This document shows positions 61,903 through 64,000 of a stretch of DNA of 64,000 nt, one piece after another (within the stretch, counting starts at the first letter, position 1; each line of letters begins with the position of its first letter). The DNA comes from Longimicrobiales bacterium. Lineage in GTDB: Bacteria > Gemmatimonadota > Gemmatimonadetes > Longimicrobiales > Gaopeijiaceae. A program made the translations under genes and the position numbers. The stretch is taken from the NCBI GenBank assembly GCA_965197725.1, contig CBDANQ010000055.1, positions 28,117-92,116 on the forward strand, written 5' to 3'. Under the pieces are notes generated by a model that worked only from the letters and a program-made list of their open reading frames with translations, searched no databases and was not told where the DNA came from.

Positions 61903-62316
61903 CTACCCCGCAACCCCTGCGACCCGCGCGCCCTCCGCGGCGTCGGAAGGCCGCGATTTTCTGGCCGCCTCCACCACTATTGCGACCTGCGCCGGCATCG
62001 TCGCCTCGATCGACTCGAACGTGTCGTTGTCCCCCATCATGGCAGCATCGTGTAGTCCCCTCGTGAGATCGATGAATTTGTCGACCTCTCTCCGGAGTTC
62101 CGGATAATGGCGCTCATCCTTCACGAAGGGATGGGCGGCGGACCAGATCGCCAGTAGAACGAAGCCGAACCCCAGCGCCACACCGAGAGGACGGCGGAAG
62201 TCATCCTCGCCGAAGTAGAAGACAACACTGGTGAAGGCGGCAGTCATTCCCGTGAGGCTCGCCAACAGCGGCACTCGGGCTGCCAGCCTCCGTGCAAGGG
62301 AATCGTTAGTGTTCAT
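61903..62316 (-). CDS. Hypothetical two-TM protein
   Basis: Two hydrophobic segments followed by ERHYPELRREVDKFI. Confidence 0.7.
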   Translation of the reverse strand: MNTNDSLARRLAARVPLLASLTGMTAAFTSVVFYFGEDDFRRPLGVALGFGFVLLAIWSAAHPFVKDERHYPELRREVDKFIDLTRGLHDAAMMGDNDTFESIEATMPAQVAIVVEAARKSRPSDAAEGARVAGVAG

Positions 62317-62359
62317 TCTTGGTACCCTGGGTTAGGAAATATCAGTTCGCTTGGCAGGC

Positions 62360-62872
62360 CTATGGGGGGCCGCCACCTCTACCACCACCACCACCACCAC
62401 CACCGCCGCCGCCCGTAGGCACACAAGCGATAGCTCCGCTTTCGACGGATGGAGAAAAATTCATGGCTACGTCGCCGCTGAACACCGCACACTGGTACTT
62501 GTTGTTCGCCTTGTGCGTGCCCCGGGCTGTCCAACCTTCGGCCGTCGCCACCATGGTGAGGATTACATCGGGGCTCGGGGAGTATTCCTCCAGGAGAGGT
62601 GTGGCCTGGGCGTAGGTGTAGTTGTCGGAGAAGAAGAGTTCCTGGGCGTAGGAGATGTTTCTCAAGTCGGAAAGGATCGTGGCGATGTAGGCCTTCTCTT
62701 TCGCGCCGTTGTATTTTGCGATAGAGATGCTCGCGAGAATACCGAGTACGGTGACCACGACTACGAGCTCGATCAGCGTAAAGCCCGTCGTGCTGGACAG
62801 CTTCAACTTTCGCTCGGTTGCCGCGGTTAAGTCCGGCAAAGTGATTCCCCTTGTCGGCAAGTTTTCCTCCAT
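62360..62872 (-). CDS. Type IV pilin-like protein with poly-Gly tail
   Basis: GFTLIELVVVVTVLGILASI, KEKAY..SDLRN and a C-terminal Cys pair; start uncertain. Confidence 0.88.
   Translation of the reverse strand: MEENLPTRGITLPDLTAATERKLKLSSTTGFTLIELVVVVTVLGILASISIAKYNGAKEKAYIATILSDLRNISYAQELFFSDNYTYAQATPLLEEYSPSPDVILTMVATAEGWTARGTHKANNKYQCAVFSGDVAMNFSPSVESGAIACVPTGGGGGGGGGGGRGGGPP
62381..62413. repeat. Trinucleotide repeat (ACC)8(GCC)3
   Basis: Read directly; encodes Gly11 on the minus strand. Confidence 0.9.
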
Positions 62873-63074
62873 CTCGGCAGAGCTGTAACACTTGCCCTGT
62901 CCCCCGGGGGGCGGCTAGGGCCCATTCCATGCCGTTTCGCATCGGCTGAAGGTTTCAACATAATCTGATTATTTCCAAGACATGTTCCAAAGCGACTGCA
63001 GGAGCTTCATGGTTGGTTGTCGGTGCAGCTATGGGCTCAGTTTCGTTATCGCCGAAGCCTGAGCAGACGACTCA

Positions 63075-63572
63075 ATGGATAAGCTGGACGACGTTCTGGA
63101 CACGGGTCTCGACTTGGTGTTTTGCGGAACAGCGGCGAGCGCTGCGTCTGCCATGCAAAGCCGTTACTACGCGGGACCCGGTAATCGCTTTTGGACGATC
63201 CTTTGGGATACATCACTCACCGATCGGCTCCTCGCTCCCTCCGAATACCGATCTCTCTTGAATTACGGCATCGGGCTGACGGACATTGTTAAGGATCAGG
63301 CAGGCGCGGACTCGGACATCGAGTTCGGTCGTCGAGGCGAGCGGTTTCGGAAACGCATTGAGCCGTACTCGCCACGCTACCTATGCTTCAACGGGAAAAG
63401 GGCGGCGATGGAGGCTATGGGTCGAAAGCAGGTCCGCTATGGCCTGCAGGCCGAGTCCTTCGGATCGACTCGAATATTCATTGCTCCGTCCACGAGTGCG
63501 GCGGCTAAGCGCTGGTGGGACGGACGCTTCTGGAGCGAACTCGCGGCTCTCGTCGGCCGTGATGGCCTTTAG
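63075..63572 (+). CDS. mug: Mismatch-specific uracil-DNA glycosylase (MUG/TDG family)
   Basis: LVFCGTAA, YYAGPGNRFW, GIGLTD, FNGK and PSTS. Confidence 0.9.
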   Translation: MDKLDDVLDTGLDLVFCGTAASAASAMQSRYYAGPGNRFWTILWDTSLTDRLLAPSEYRSLLNYGIGLTDIVKDQAGADSDIEFGRRGERFRKRIEPYSPRYLCFNGKRAAMEAMGRKQVRYGLQAESFGSTRIFIAPSTSAAAKRWWDGRFWSELAALVGRDGL

Positions 63573-63791
63573 TTCAGAGCGCCTGTCTCAGAAGCTTGTC
63601 GAGATGCATCGGATGGGGTCATATGCCAGCACGGATTCGTCGGAACAAAAAAATAGGTTTATCGCAAATGCTGAAGGAGCGAGCGCCCGAGCTCCGTCCC
63701 CTCCCCCCCCGAGGGTAGCTCTTGTCGTCCCTTGATCGCAGATTGGTATGATGCCCTGTTCTCATGGTTGCGTTCTGAATCCCGTGAAGCG

Positions 63792-64000
63792 GTGACCAAT
63801 ATTCCGGACGACGGGTCCAAGGTGCCTGCGTCGGCGGTGCCGACCGAGGCGCTGTACCAAGCACTCTTCGAGGCTTCCCACGACGCCGTATGCGTGGCGG
63901 AGCGCGGCGGGCGCTTGGTCGAAGTCAACACGGCGATGCTTCAGATTTTTGGCGCAACACGCGAGGGCATACTGGAGCTGAACGTCGCTCAGTTGTTCGC
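63792..64000 (+). CDS. PAS-domain protein, 3'-partial
   Basis: YQALFEASHDAVCVAERGGRLVEVNTAMLQIFGATREGILELNV. Confidence 0.78.
   Translation, partial: MTNIPDDGSKVPASAVPTEALYQALFEASHDAVCVAERGGRLVEVNTAMLQIFGATREGILELNVAQLF

Noticed and set aside
48690..63600. Integron cassette array
   Set aside because: The cargo looks cassette-like but strands are mixed and there is no integrase. GTTAGGC at 48693 has no partner, and ACCTAAC..GTTAGGA at 59891-59930 is too short and mostly coding.

Overview
GC-rich bacterial DNA. The gene repertoire suggests Gemmatimonadota (inference only). Bases 1-43625 are mostly core-like: trpE, M20 dipeptidase, ECF sigma/PspA, a V4R protein and an H-box-less kinase, ctaA, acyl-CoA dehydrogenase, patatin, DEDDh exonuclease, sucA, three glycosyltransferases, a YhaO/YhaN-like SbcDC pair, the large NAD-glutamate dehydrogenase, three pseudopilins and a korC-korA-korB-like operon. 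One complete IS1182-like element sits in a BNR/VPS10-repeat gene with a CTAG target duplication; two partial copies lie elsewhere. From 43701 onward the window is an accessory mosaic of IS remnants, an IS3 element, small cargo genes and two tightly coupled operons of unknown function. The first operon is flippase / nucleotidyltransferase-P-loop-kinase fusion / methyltransferase / APH-fold kinase (51881-56312). The second is TM-coiled-coil protein / LpxR-like barrel / trypsin-like protease / membrane protein (57234-60791). These are the best candidates for undescribed systems. Frameshifts, in-frame stops and internal deletions are frequent and fall mostly in accessory genes; real decay cannot be told from consensus error without reads. 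No rRNA, tRNA or CRISPR array was recognised. All family calls come from reading motifs by eye, not from database searches.
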